In this document: positions 52,921 through 64,000 of the stretch, in pieces
Layout: every line of letters begins with the position of its first letter
Position numbering within the stretch: the stretch's first letter is position 1
Assembly: GCA_038496445.1 (NCBI GenBank)
Contig: JALMLS010000183.1
Location: 62,001 to 126,000 of the forward strand
Source: Trichosphaerium sp. ATCC 40318
Lineage: Eukaryota; Protista; Tubulinea
Direction: 5' to 3'
DNA length: 64,000 nt
Position numbers and translations under genes: made by a program
The notes under the pieces: generated by a model
The model's database searches: none
Seen by the model: the letters and a program-made list of their open reading frames with translations, nothing else
Told to the model about the DNA's origin: nothing

Positions 52921-54931
52921 ATGAACACGCACTTGGTCATTCTTTTGAGTCTATTAGGGATTTCTCTTTGTCAAATCGTATCGTTAAGCAAAGCTGACTC
53001 TGGTCTATGTCAGGTACTGTCACAACCACATTAACAAATTCGTCATAGTGTTTTAGCACTAATTTGTTATTAGGCGAACACAGGTCTGCCACTTCGTTCT
53101 GTACAACAAAATAAGTGCACAACCATTCTTGATGGCTACTATAAGCTTTACTGTCATGGTAGAAAAGTAAACTCGTTTTTGGGGTTTTCAAAAATACCAC
53201 GTGGTAGTCTAACTGGTTTTTCACTTTTAGGTAATCGCAAACCGTTACACCACTTCTGATTGTAGCGACACGCCCCGTATTACCGTTCAGTATGGAACGT
53301 TCTGCATGTACGCCAACAATACTGTGTTTTTCGTTTAACGCCAACAGTAGTGATCACTTTGGAACCAATATTCGTGGTGTCTGTAAAGGACGTACGCACA
53401 TCCATTTTTCTTTTGATAGTCGTTAACAGTGTACCTTGTAGACGTAGACGCTAGCCTTCTTCCATCCAATGTCGTAAAACAGCAACTAGTGAAACGCAGC
53501 TCAGAACAATCATGTGACTACGACTTTCTACCATCACTTATTCGTCAGGCCTTTGAGACAACCCCACAAGACGTACAACAAGATCTGAAGCTGACTATGG
53601 TTATTCTAATGCTTATATTTATTAGTGGCCCGCTAACTCTGCTTGTCCGAATACTGGCGGCCAGACCTGTTGTAAGGAATCTACATTGACGGCTATCAAT
53701 GCAATATTCTCTACGAGCAGGTTCACCTTGAGTTTCGCTGGTAAGACATTAAAGCTAAACTACAAAGGCTAACAACTTTGCTACAGTTAATGTAATAGAT
53801 GCAGCTTTGAGTAAATTGGATACAGCTCTCTCAGCTTTTTTGAAAGCAACATCAGACGGAACTACAATTCCTGGGGGGAGAGCAATACCATCTGACGTTG
53901 GCACATGCGCGAAAGGTACAAATACAACACAATTCTGAACGCATTTTAATAACCTCCTTTGTGACAGATTTCATTCTTGAGTTTGCTACAGGAAGCGCAC
54001 AATTGACCTCTAATAGCCTTAAGTGCGTATCAGGATTAACTGCGTTCGCTGTAAGTACCCAAATTGATCATCATGTTGAGTCCTTACCTTTTCTCTAGGG
54101 TGGTGCTCTTTGCTATGCATGTGACTCTGACCCTAGCCGGTTTATATCTCAAGGGAACGTAATTTCTATGGCCACTGCAACTTGTACAGATGTTGCTTCT
54201 TGTACGTCAACTAGACCACATATAGTCAACAATGCTAATCTACAAGTTAGTGTGTACACCATGGCTTGATGGCTTCCGTGATTTGGCTATAAAAATAGGA
54301 AATTGTGGACCTGCTATTATTACATTTTTAGATGGCTTAACGTTACCTATCACCGTCAAGAACCTTCTCAAATTGGATGACGTAAAAGATGCGCTGCAAC
54401 CAATCAGTACGCATTCTAGAAAACATGACAAAAAAAAAAGTGAGTTAACAACCAAGTAGTCGATGTTGCAAAGGATATTTGCTCAAATGAACAGGAATGT
54501 TCCAAATTCATATGTGACACAATGATTAACAAACTAGTCCCTTCATTCCCCTTCTTCAAAGATAAGATCGATGCTGGCCTTCAAAAGCTCAACATCCAAA
54601 ACCCAAGCGATGGTCTCACAGCAACAATCAGTTTTACAGCTACAGGCACGTGACCGAAATGAATCACCTTCAGAAATGTACTAAAGTTTCATTTTTAGGA
54701 TATGATGCATTTGCAGTGGGTCGTGCGTACTCGGGTGACTTTACTGGAACCGAGCCAGTTCCAGAACTTCCAGTAATAGACCTCCCTACGCGTGGCATTG
54801 CGCCTGCAAACGCTCCACCAACAGACAATTCTACACCATCAGACGGTTCTACACCATCTCAAACTTCTAGTTGTTCTATTTTGACAACATCCCTGCTTGC
54901 TCTCCTTGTATTGCTCTTCTTTGTACACTAA
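52921..54931 (+). CDS. Secreted, probably GPI-anchored Cys-rich protein
   Basis: Signal MNTHLVILLSLLGISLC; many in-phase exons (GALCYACD..); Ser/Thr/Pro linker and hydrophobic tail LLALLVLLFFVH*. Confidence 0.78.
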
Positions 54932-55496
54932 AGAGGCGTAACAACACATCTTAAACCGTGTTAAAAATACAGGTGAACTTTCTTATAATGGCGTAATTAT
55001 TGTGTTCTCTTTTTGTACCCAATTGTACTCTTTATTGCTACGCCAAATTGAAAGGGTTTCTTGTTTGTTTGTGTACACATTTTTGGAGGCTATAAAGCAA
55101 GTTTTTCGGAATATCAGACCTTTTGTCAAAGTTTGCAATTAAATATTTGTTTTGCGTTTACTACTCCAACTTTACGTAATGCGCACGCGCCACGCCGAAT
55201 TTGAAATTTCTACACTTGTATCCCTATTATTGCGCGGAAAGAACTCTAAGTATGTCACCGCTCATCGTGCAACGAAACGTTGGTAGAAATGGAGTTCTTT
55301 GGTCGTTTTTTGGAGTAGGTTTTTGGTTGAAAGCAAAAACCACCAGAATAACTACACGCTACTATGTACACACTTTAAATGTTTTCGGCCTACCGAGCTA
55401 AGCCATTTTAGTTTTTTAGTTTAATACTAAATAAATTTGCCATTAACTACAAACTGAATAAGCACCTCTAGCAACTTCATTGTATTATCATCTTCA

Positions 55497-58400
55497 ATGC
55501 AAAGTAGCTCACCATACGCAATGGCGTACTCGTGTGCAGTTATCCTATTTATTACAGTGTTTGCAACTGTCGCAAATGCAACACAAAGCTGCCCTGATCA
55601 TCATACGCTAACAACAGTTACCTGGGACGAAAACAACTTCGCAGCTGGTCTTATTATCAGCGATCAATACGAACAGTCTCATCACTTTACTGGCGAATCA
55701 TTTGGTACGTTTCTTTTTTAGAAGCGTCTAGTTTTTCTTCTTGCAACTATAAACTCAACAAGTAATCCTTAAAAGAGAGAAAACAACACAACCTAAACGT
55801 GGTATTCAAATCCTTCTTGAAGGAGGAAAAAACAAAAAAAAAAAATTGTGTTCGTTTTGCAACAAATTGTTTTCAAACTTTCCATTTTCAATTTCAGACT
55901 TTGGTTTTTTTTAAAAAAGGTTGTTTATTAATTGTTTGTTTTGTATAGACCAAAGTGATCACCCTCTAATGTTGTTCGATTCTGAAAACCCAACTGGCGG
56001 TGACTGGGATCTTGGTACGCCGAATAACCGATATTCAGGCCCTGGTGTCGGAAGCGGTGGTAGGTCTAACAGGTACGCAGTTTTCCGATTCAAATTGAAA
56101 TTCCAGCACAAAAGTATCGTCACTGATTAGTTTTTAGAGTCCCCTTGGGAAACTTGCTCATCATATCAGCTGATGGAAGCACACAAGATCCAAACGACCA
56201 CGGTGTACGTACAATCTAATTTTACCTTGAATGTTGCGCAGTTTTTTCACTTTTTTTTCTTATTTTTCTTGTGTTTTAATTTTTGACTTAGAGCGGTGGT
56301 CACTTTAACCTATACTTCGACAAAACCGTAAAGATTCTAACCATGGTTGTTGTTGATGCTGATAAGAACGAAGAGATTGAAGCCGAATTATACGATAAAT
56401 CAGGCAACAGAATTACTACAGTTGATGCTGACGATTTGGGTGGTAACAGTGTACAAACATTGGAAATCTACACATCCAACGTTCGAAGAATGAAAGTCGG
56501 AGCCACGAATTCTTTCGGTATTGACACTATCAAATATTGTGTACCAGACTACTGTCAGCTTCGTACCCAAACACAAGGTGGATGGGGTAATACCTGTAAT
56601 GGAAATAACCCTGGATGCTACAGAGATGAGATGTTCGGAAGCTGCTTTGCATCAGGACTTGTTGTTGGTAGCAACTCTGGATACACCTTGAAACTCACAA
56701 GCGCTGCTGCTGTTAGAAACTTTCTTCCTGCAGGTGGTCCATCAAAGGCACTGTACGTTCAAGTGTAATACATACTGACAAACAACTAAATGTCTTCTTA
56801 CTTAGAACGCAAAACCTTGTGAATCCAAACAACTACAAAAACAATTTGGCCGCACAAACTGTAGCTTTGACGCTCAGTGTAACTTTTGATTTGTGTGATT
56901 CAGGTTTTGGTGACGATAGCTCCAACTTGGAAGACTCTGTCGTAATAAGCGGAGATTGCGCTGGTATGACAGTCAGGCAAGTCCTCGACGAAGCCAACGC
57001 TGTACTCGGTACGCTTACTTTATGTCAATTGGCTGTAACCTAACTCTTTCACCTCTAGGCGGTGCAGGAACAATGAGTGCATCCACTATTAAGGGCTGTG
57101 CTGACTTGATAAATAACAATTATGTAGACGGTACAACCAACAACCACGACCTAGACTGTGATGCCCCTACCATCCCACCAACGACAATGCCACCAACGAC
57201 AGCTCCACCAACGACAATGCCTCCTACTACAATGCCTCCAACAACAGCTCCACCAACGACAATGCCACCAACTACATTGCCACCTACTACAGCTCCTCCT
57301 ACGACATTGCCTCCAACAACATTGCCACCAACTACAATGCCACCTACTACAGCTCCTCCTACGACAATGCCTCCTACTACATTGCCACCAACTACATTGC
57401 CTCCAACAACAGCTCCACCAACGACAATGCCACCAACTACAGCTCCACCAACGACAATGCCTCCTACTACAATGCCTCCAACAACAGCTCCACCAACGAC
57501 AATGCCACCTACTACATTGCCACCTACTACAGCTCCTCCTACGACATTGCCTCCAACAACATTGCCTCCTACTACATTGCCTCCTACTACAGCTCCTCCA
57601 ACGACAATGCCACCAACTACAATGCCTCCAACAACAGCTCCTCCTACGACAATACCGCCAACAACATTGCCGCCTACGACATTGCCTCCAACTACAATGC
57701 CACCTACTACAGCTCCTCCTACGACATTGCCGCCAACAACATTGCCACCTACTACATTGCCTCCTACTACAGCTCCTCCTACGACAATGCCTCCAACAAC
57801 ACTACCACCTACGACATTGCCTCCAACAACAACGGCACCAACTACTGTACCTACAGATGCACCTACTGTATCACCAACAGTACCAAGCACATGTCCAAAT
57901 GGATCGATAGCTGTGATGATCACATTTGATGATCTGAATCGCGTCGCTGGAGACATTGTTACAGATCAGTACTCTCCAAACTTTCTGACATTTGTATCAA
58001 CCGGCTCAGACCAACTGATAGTCGAGGATTCAAGCAATCCACAACTCAGCCCTAACTTTGCAACACCTGGCTTCGGACCAAACAACGGGTACGTATTCGT
58101 AGTGTTTATTCTTTTTTGCCTATATTCTGACTGCCCTGTAGTGTTGGCCTCAACAATGTTCTCACTTTGACCAACGCTGGTTCAGCCAGTACAGGATCAT
58201 ACCAACTCAGATTTTCAGAACCAGTGCTATTCCAAGCCATCTCTGTTATTGATATTGATCTTGAACAAACGTGGACAATTTCCTTCTTTGACAGCGACGA
58301 TACCATTATTGCGACCATCCCTGCTCTAGAATTTGGTGAAAACAGCTTCCAGCGTATTGAACTTTTCAACGCTGTTAATGTGTCCTATGCCATAATAGAG

Positions 58401-58703
58401 ACTGACGGACTGCACGCCATTGACAACATTCGTTACTGCACTGGCGTTCCGAACATAATACCTAACCCACCTAGTCCTGGTGGCGGTATCCCACCAGCTG
58501 TTTTCATTGGAGCTGGTATTGCTGCAGCAGTCCTAGTTGTATTGACAGTTGTTGCTGTCTTCTTCCTTGTCCCTGCGTCACCAGCGCCAATTGCTGGATT
58601 TAGTAATCCTGCTGGTGTACTAGCCGGTGCCAACACAAATGCAGTCTACGCCCCAGCAGGTAATTCCGGAAATCCTGCAACATATGTTCCTCCTGGAGTA
58701 TAA
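55497..58703 (+). CDS. Type I membrane mucin-like surface protein with duplicated beta-rich domains
   Basis: Signal peptide; related domains before and after the stalk (VTWD..AGLIISDQY / ITFDD..AGDIVTDQY; GGNSVQTLE..IDTIKYC / GENSFQRIE..IDNIRYC); TM VFIGAGIAAAVLVVLTVVAVFFLV. Confidence 0.82.
57166..57840 (+). repeat. Coding minisatellite, 15-bp unit encoding PPTT(M/A/L), about 44 copies
   Basis: Directly visible in the sequence and ORF track. Confidence 0.95.
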
Positions 58704-59598
58704 ATAACATGCTGCCCTTTCGAAAAAAAAAGAATGTACTATAAAGAATGTGACATGCTAATAAATAAACACAGTTTCTTTTGGTCATGTGCTACTTTAG
58801 ATGTTAGATAACTTACCATTGAGCAGTATTTAATTGTCCGCAAACATCACAAGCTTGCGAAAGAAAATAGGACAAAGGAGTTTGTTCGTTGTTCACTCTG
58901 AGTATTATGTAATAACTGAATACCACAAAACCACTTGGTTTCAATTCTCGCAAACCTTGAGTAAGCTATGATTTGTGCAATACAAACAAACTGTAGCTCC
59001 AGAAAATAACTACCACGGACCTTTTTACAATGGAAAACTCCTGTACAATAATTGTACTCGAACCGGCTTTAGTTGAACTCCTTAAAATGTTGCATACTAA
59101 CCGCCATCAATACAACTAATAAAATTTCAGTTGTGCACCTCTACAACACCACAAAAATATACAGAACTTCCATAGTGCGCGCTAACCTATATTGTACCCT
59201 TGGACGATGCTGAGTGAGGCTACAAAGCTATAATTTACTGAGTTCTCTCTTTGTTTACTTAAAAAACAAGGCTTTTGCCTCCGTTCGTATTAGCACTACA
59301 CCGGCTGACATGCGATATGTAGTGTGGGTGCTCTTAATGTGGAAAATTAAGTTACTGTTTCGATAGCGCGACATACACAAAAGATCATTAAGCGACAGAC
59401 AAACAGGCACTACAACAATCACGTGACGGCGCTGTAAAAGTTTGGTATGTTTAAAAACGATATCTATCGCGAATTGGCATCGACAGGAACCAAAAAGCCG
59501 AAACGACAACTAGAAAACCCGTACGTAGGTCACCCTGCCATCGAAAAAAATTTTAATCAAAAACTGCGTTTTTAATTGAGCATAAACTGAAAAAAACA

Positions 59599-60412
59599 AT
59601 GGCTAGTAGTTTTCAGCTAACGATACGGATTCTGTGCGCTGAACGCAATAAATAGCAAATAATAAAGGGATTCGTATCTTTTTTTAAATTGTTTGTTTTT
59701 TCTTCACTTTGTTTTTTGGTCTTCTTTCTTTCTAATTTCGTTCTACAGACTCGTATGTCTCCCTGCGGATATCCAACTTGCGATCATACATACCGATTTT
59801 GAAATAAATAAAAAATGGGCTCTTCTTTGTTATGGCACAGCGACGAGCACAAGGTTTAACGCTAAATTGGATAAATATGGCACATGGGAGGCACGTGATA
59901 AACGTGGAAGACTAAGACGCCGTGTGCACTTTAATTCGGTTGGATTGAAAGAAGGAACATACAAAAGTTGGCACAGAAAGGGAACGCTTAAAGTGTGGGC
60001 TAGGTATCACCTAGGACAAAAACGGGGGAAATATGAAAGTTTTTACAGCAATACAAATCGAGAAATACTATCTCACTACAAGTACAACGTCAAACATGGT
60101 CCTTACAAGACATTCTTTCGGAATGGTGATCCCATGGTAGAGTGTAATTACTATAAGGGCAGGTTTCATGGCCAATATAGGCAATGGAATAAGGAAGGAC
60201 ACTTGATTGGCTATATTGAATTCAAAAGAGGTAAAAGACACGGTTTGTATAAAAGATGGGAAAATGGAATTTTAACAGCACATGCCTTATATGAACGTGG
60301 CGTCCTTGTTCGTGATAGAGCTATGAAGAAAAGTGCTGGTCAATCAATGGCTAATATTAGTCCGAGGGAATTTAGGAGGTATGGTTACAGGACATCACTA
60401 CGACACACGTAG
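59599..60412 (+). CDS. MORN-variant (YwqK-like) repeat protein with a degenerate N-terminal F-box-like motif
   Basis: LVCLPADIQLAI; repeats GLKEGTYKSWHRKG, GQKRGKYESFYSN, KHGPYKTFFRNG, GRFHGQYRQWNKEG. Confidence 0.75.
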
Positions 60413-60682
60413 TCATTAGGCGTTTTTTATGGCTGTACAAATGTAAATAAAAAAAGTGTGAATTTCGAGACTAGGAACTGGCACTCCGCTGAGCTACACC
60501 ATCAAATGCACAGATCGAAAGGCCCTTATAATTTGGTCATTCTGATTAATTACTGCCTAGTTAATGAAGTATTTGTGCACCGTTATGGCGCCCTATTTGC
60601 AGTCTGTGCTTAAACATTGTTGAACAGTGTGGACTCTAAAACATCTTCTCATTCATTTTATTGGAGGCAAGGAGTTTCAGTA

Positions 60683-62625
60683 ATGGCGGCACTCAGTGAC
60701 CTCGAGCCAATGCGGATACGCGACCTTGTCGACTACATAACAAGCGTTGAAGCTACACGTACGTTTTGGTTTTTTCAGTTCAGGTTCTTTCATCGCATCC
60801 ACACCAAACGGTTTTATCAATCCCTGCGAGCTTTGGTTTTTAAACAAACTACATTTCTGCAAATGGTGTTTTTCTCCCTGACGTCCCCCTTTTCATTACC
60901 CAGCTATCCACCGTGTAACTCTCTATGCGTAGCCGAGTGTAGGCAAGCTGTTGTTCTAACTATGGATTATTACACAACCAAACATAGGCTCCTGTCCAAG
61001 GTGTTCGACGGGTATGCGCACGTGTTTATTTCATGGGCTTCCAAACTTATTTTTGTTTGCGAGACATTTTGTAATTGGTTAAATAGATTCCTTAATACCG
61101 GAGACGCAAAGAAACGTGATTTACTCCTAGAATTTTTATTCGCATGGTGGCATACACGCCGACGTGAACTTAAAAACGACACCAAATTTACAGACCGTAT
61201 TAAAGCTTTTGCAGCAGAACTGCTGGAACGTGAAGACGTGCAAGAATATGGCATGAGAGTAACCAGACAGGTACGATACACCCGCAGCATCGTATTCGTT
61301 TTGAGCGATTGTTCCATTTGTGTGGAAAATCAATAAAACATCACGTGATTTTCACGTGATCATAAAAAATAATCTAACATATTTTAGATGATCACTGCTC
61401 CTTTAAAAAGGTTTGGTAGTAAAAACACAAGGCTTCAGAGGCGAGTTGTCGCCGTCAAAGTGACCGATTCTTTGCGAAGTATTCAACAAAAAAAAATTGG
61501 TTTGGATTATTGAAGTTTACAAATATTTTAGTTTCACGCTTCACGTGGCGAAATTTGAACGCAGAAAGACTTGCAATGTACCTCACAATGGTTGATCAGG
61601 AACTCACAAATGATATAAGAAACGCAGACTTGCTACAAGGGTATAAAATTGTCTTACAATTGAATTGTACTTGCTTATAACCTGGTTAGACGCTGGAACC
61701 TAAAAAAAGGCCACAATGTAAAAGCATCGGCAGTGCGTGTTCACAGGCTAATAGACTGGTCCAACATGGTACAACGTGCAATATTCATTGATTAGCAGTA
61801 AATATTTATTGTGTTTTAGATAGGAGATTGGGTGGCTACAGTTATTTGTATGGCTCCAAAAACAAAACAAAGAGCTTTTGCAATCTCGTACTTTGTTCGG
61901 GTTTTAAAAGTACGTAGCATACGATATACAATATAAATAATCCCTTACGGTCGATTAGCACTTGCGACACTTCAATAGCTTTAATTGTTTGTTTGTGGTG
62001 TGGTCTGCATTATCTAGCTTAGCCGTACAATTCCTAAGAAGGTGTGTTCCTATTTTTCAATCGCTTTTACTGATATCTCTCAGAGAATGGAAAGAGCTCT
62101 CTTCAGAACTACGTGATGTCTGGGACGCCGTGAATGTGGTACTGAGCATGTCCGGTAACTTTCAAAACTACAGAGATACTATTGATGCAGCGCAACCTCC
62201 TGCCATACCATACCTAGGTACACATTCACTTGGCATAAATCCATCATTTCTAACAATTTACTTTAGGATTGCTACTACAAGATATCATACACGCGGAAAC
62301 CGATGAAACATTTGTAACGCAGCCATCAGAATGTAGGCGATCAAAGTACCGCAAACGTATTAATTTGAGCAAAATGAGCACTATTGCCACAACGTTGAGT
62401 ACAAGGGAAAAGAGTCTGGATGACTACCGATGGCTTACAGACCTATCACCAATTACTGGATCGTACTTTCTTCACTTGAACAATCACGAGGAGGTACTTG
62501 GTACTGAGGCTCTAAAACAAAGAGTAAAATCATTACCAAAGGAGTCAGTATCTAAAAGACAAGCACACAGAATAAGACGCACGTGGAGTTTATCACGTGT
62601 CAAAAAGCATAAAGTGTACACGTGA
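60683..62625 (+). CDS. Ras guanine nucleotide exchange factor (REM + CDC25 domains)
   Basis: LVDYIT..VLTMDYYTT..LL; WVATVI..RAFAISYFVRV..FNSFNCLFVVWSALSS; SGNFQNYR..PAIPYLGLLLQDI. Confidence 0.88.
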
Positions 62626-63547
62626 ATTCACCAATGTAATAAATTAATATGTAAAATAACAATACGAGCAACGAAGCAACTTGATTATGAGAACATGCTC
62701 TATGAATCTGCAATTACGGTTTGGTAACCCACAACAATGTGTACACCAACAAGAAGGATGGAAAAGGATCGATACTGGTAATCTGTAAGTTATCGGGTTT
62801 TAGTGCTACTTTTTGCAAGATTTTTTATCTGTGGCGTTAATAACGTCGTAGAGGATGTCCACCAAAGCTATAATGAAGTTTTGCGTACAACCAAACCAAG
62901 AATTCTACACGAGTGCCGAAAATCTAAATTATGTCGCTATTCCATCTATTACGCCTCCCAGCACTCTAGATAATCTCTCGAGAGTTTCTCAGCGAATTTC
63001 AAGCCCAAGGAGTATAAACCGCGATATGGAGCCCAAAACTAAGTACCTCATTGTCGTGACGTATGGCAGTCTTTCTTTATATGTGTTGTCGTCACTTTCG
63101 GAATTATTTAAGCGCATGTATTCCCGTTTAGTTCGGTCTTTTCCTTTTTAACCGCCCCCGTTGCATCAAGCAGACAGCAAATATAAAAAAGAAACAAAGA
63201 ATTCGCGCGTTAGCTTATTGTATGACAACCGAATGATACCACTACATAAACTGCGTAAAGCTAAAACTGAATTCGATTTCGTTGCAGCCAAGTGTGTAAG
63301 CATGCGTTTTTAAAGAGTATTTTGCATTCTTCTCTCGTTTAATATACCCAATAAGTAACACAAATTAATTGAAAAATTTATAGGTGATTTGTTGCGCACG
63401 GATACCCCTTTCAGAGGTCAACTCTCACATTTGTAGCGCGTCGGTAATTATTTATTTTTATTTTTTGAAAAACAAACGCATTGGCTGCTCAAAAGCACAT
63501 CAACGCCTTTCAATTATTCGCCGTAACTCAGGTAGATTGCGCGCAAG

Positions 63548-64000
63548 ATGAAGAGAAGAGCCAGATCTGTTGGGAGCGCCTTCAACTTTACAGGCGTCGA
63601 TTTTAAGCACGCGACGGTAGTACACCGTCGTGTACGCTCAAAATCACTCAATGTAAAGGAGAATGATAAAAAGAAAGCTGTGAGAAGGACGCGAAGCTTT
63701 AATGAGTTGACACCTAAAGAACCTCAAAAACCAAGGAAACAGCGTAAAACAGGCATACGCTCGTGGAAGTTTGACAATAAACTTTACGTTTCTACGCCAC
63801 AAAAGAAGCGTAGTAAGAGTACGTTATTTTTTTCCATGACTTGGGCATTGCCAGTGTGAACGAGTCGCCGTCAATTTTTTGAAAACGAAAAAAATTAGCA
63901 TGTTTTTTTTTTTCTTCTTTTTCTTATTCTTGTCTCACAAACAATCGCGAGCCAATATAACTATAAAATTTAATATTTACACCATATCCACAATAGCTAT
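63548..64000 (+). CDS. First exon of a basic, Ser-rich protein; continues past the window
   Basis: ATG at 63548; three RxRSx motifs; GTACGT donor near 63819 followed by intron-like sequence. Confidence 0.5.

Noticed and set aside
52937-53344. 135-aa minus-strand ORF
   Set aside because: Antisense shadow of the plus-strand secreted protein gene starting at 52921
57120-57956. Val/Gly-rich antisense and Gln/Leu/Cys-rich alternate-frame ORFs (also at 3102-3641)
   Set aside because: By-products of stop-free Pro/Thr repeats

Overview
AT-rich (roughly 35% GC by eye), gene-dense eukaryotic nuclear DNA with many short (about 40-100 nt) spliceosomal introns, so the ORF track mostly shows exon fragments and antisense shadows. 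The gene content (RasGEF, an SH2-like domain, many F-box fusions, GPI-anchored Pro/Thr-rich surface proteins, ARM-BTB) suggests a protist, possibly amoebozoan (inference). I assembled about 24 genes by hand. Highlights: (1) a 400-bp element present twice in inverted orientation, with a 7-bp candidate target-site duplication, no TIRs and a highly base-paired ~270-nt core carrying repeated ATACTTCG motifs; each copy lies ~170-190 bp upstream of an F-box gene on the same strand. (2) Eight F-box or F-box-like genes with different partner domains, including an F-box-PPP pseudophosphatase, an F-box-PH-small GTPase and an SH2-like-F-box-LRR. (3) A peptide:N-glycanase with the architecture catalytic core + L-type lectin + PUL. 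(4) Strong over-representation of CACGTG, which also forms part of the GC-AG donors (GCACGTG). No tRNA, rRNA or CRISPR array was recognised. Exon boundaries and domain calls come from manual reading, not database searches.
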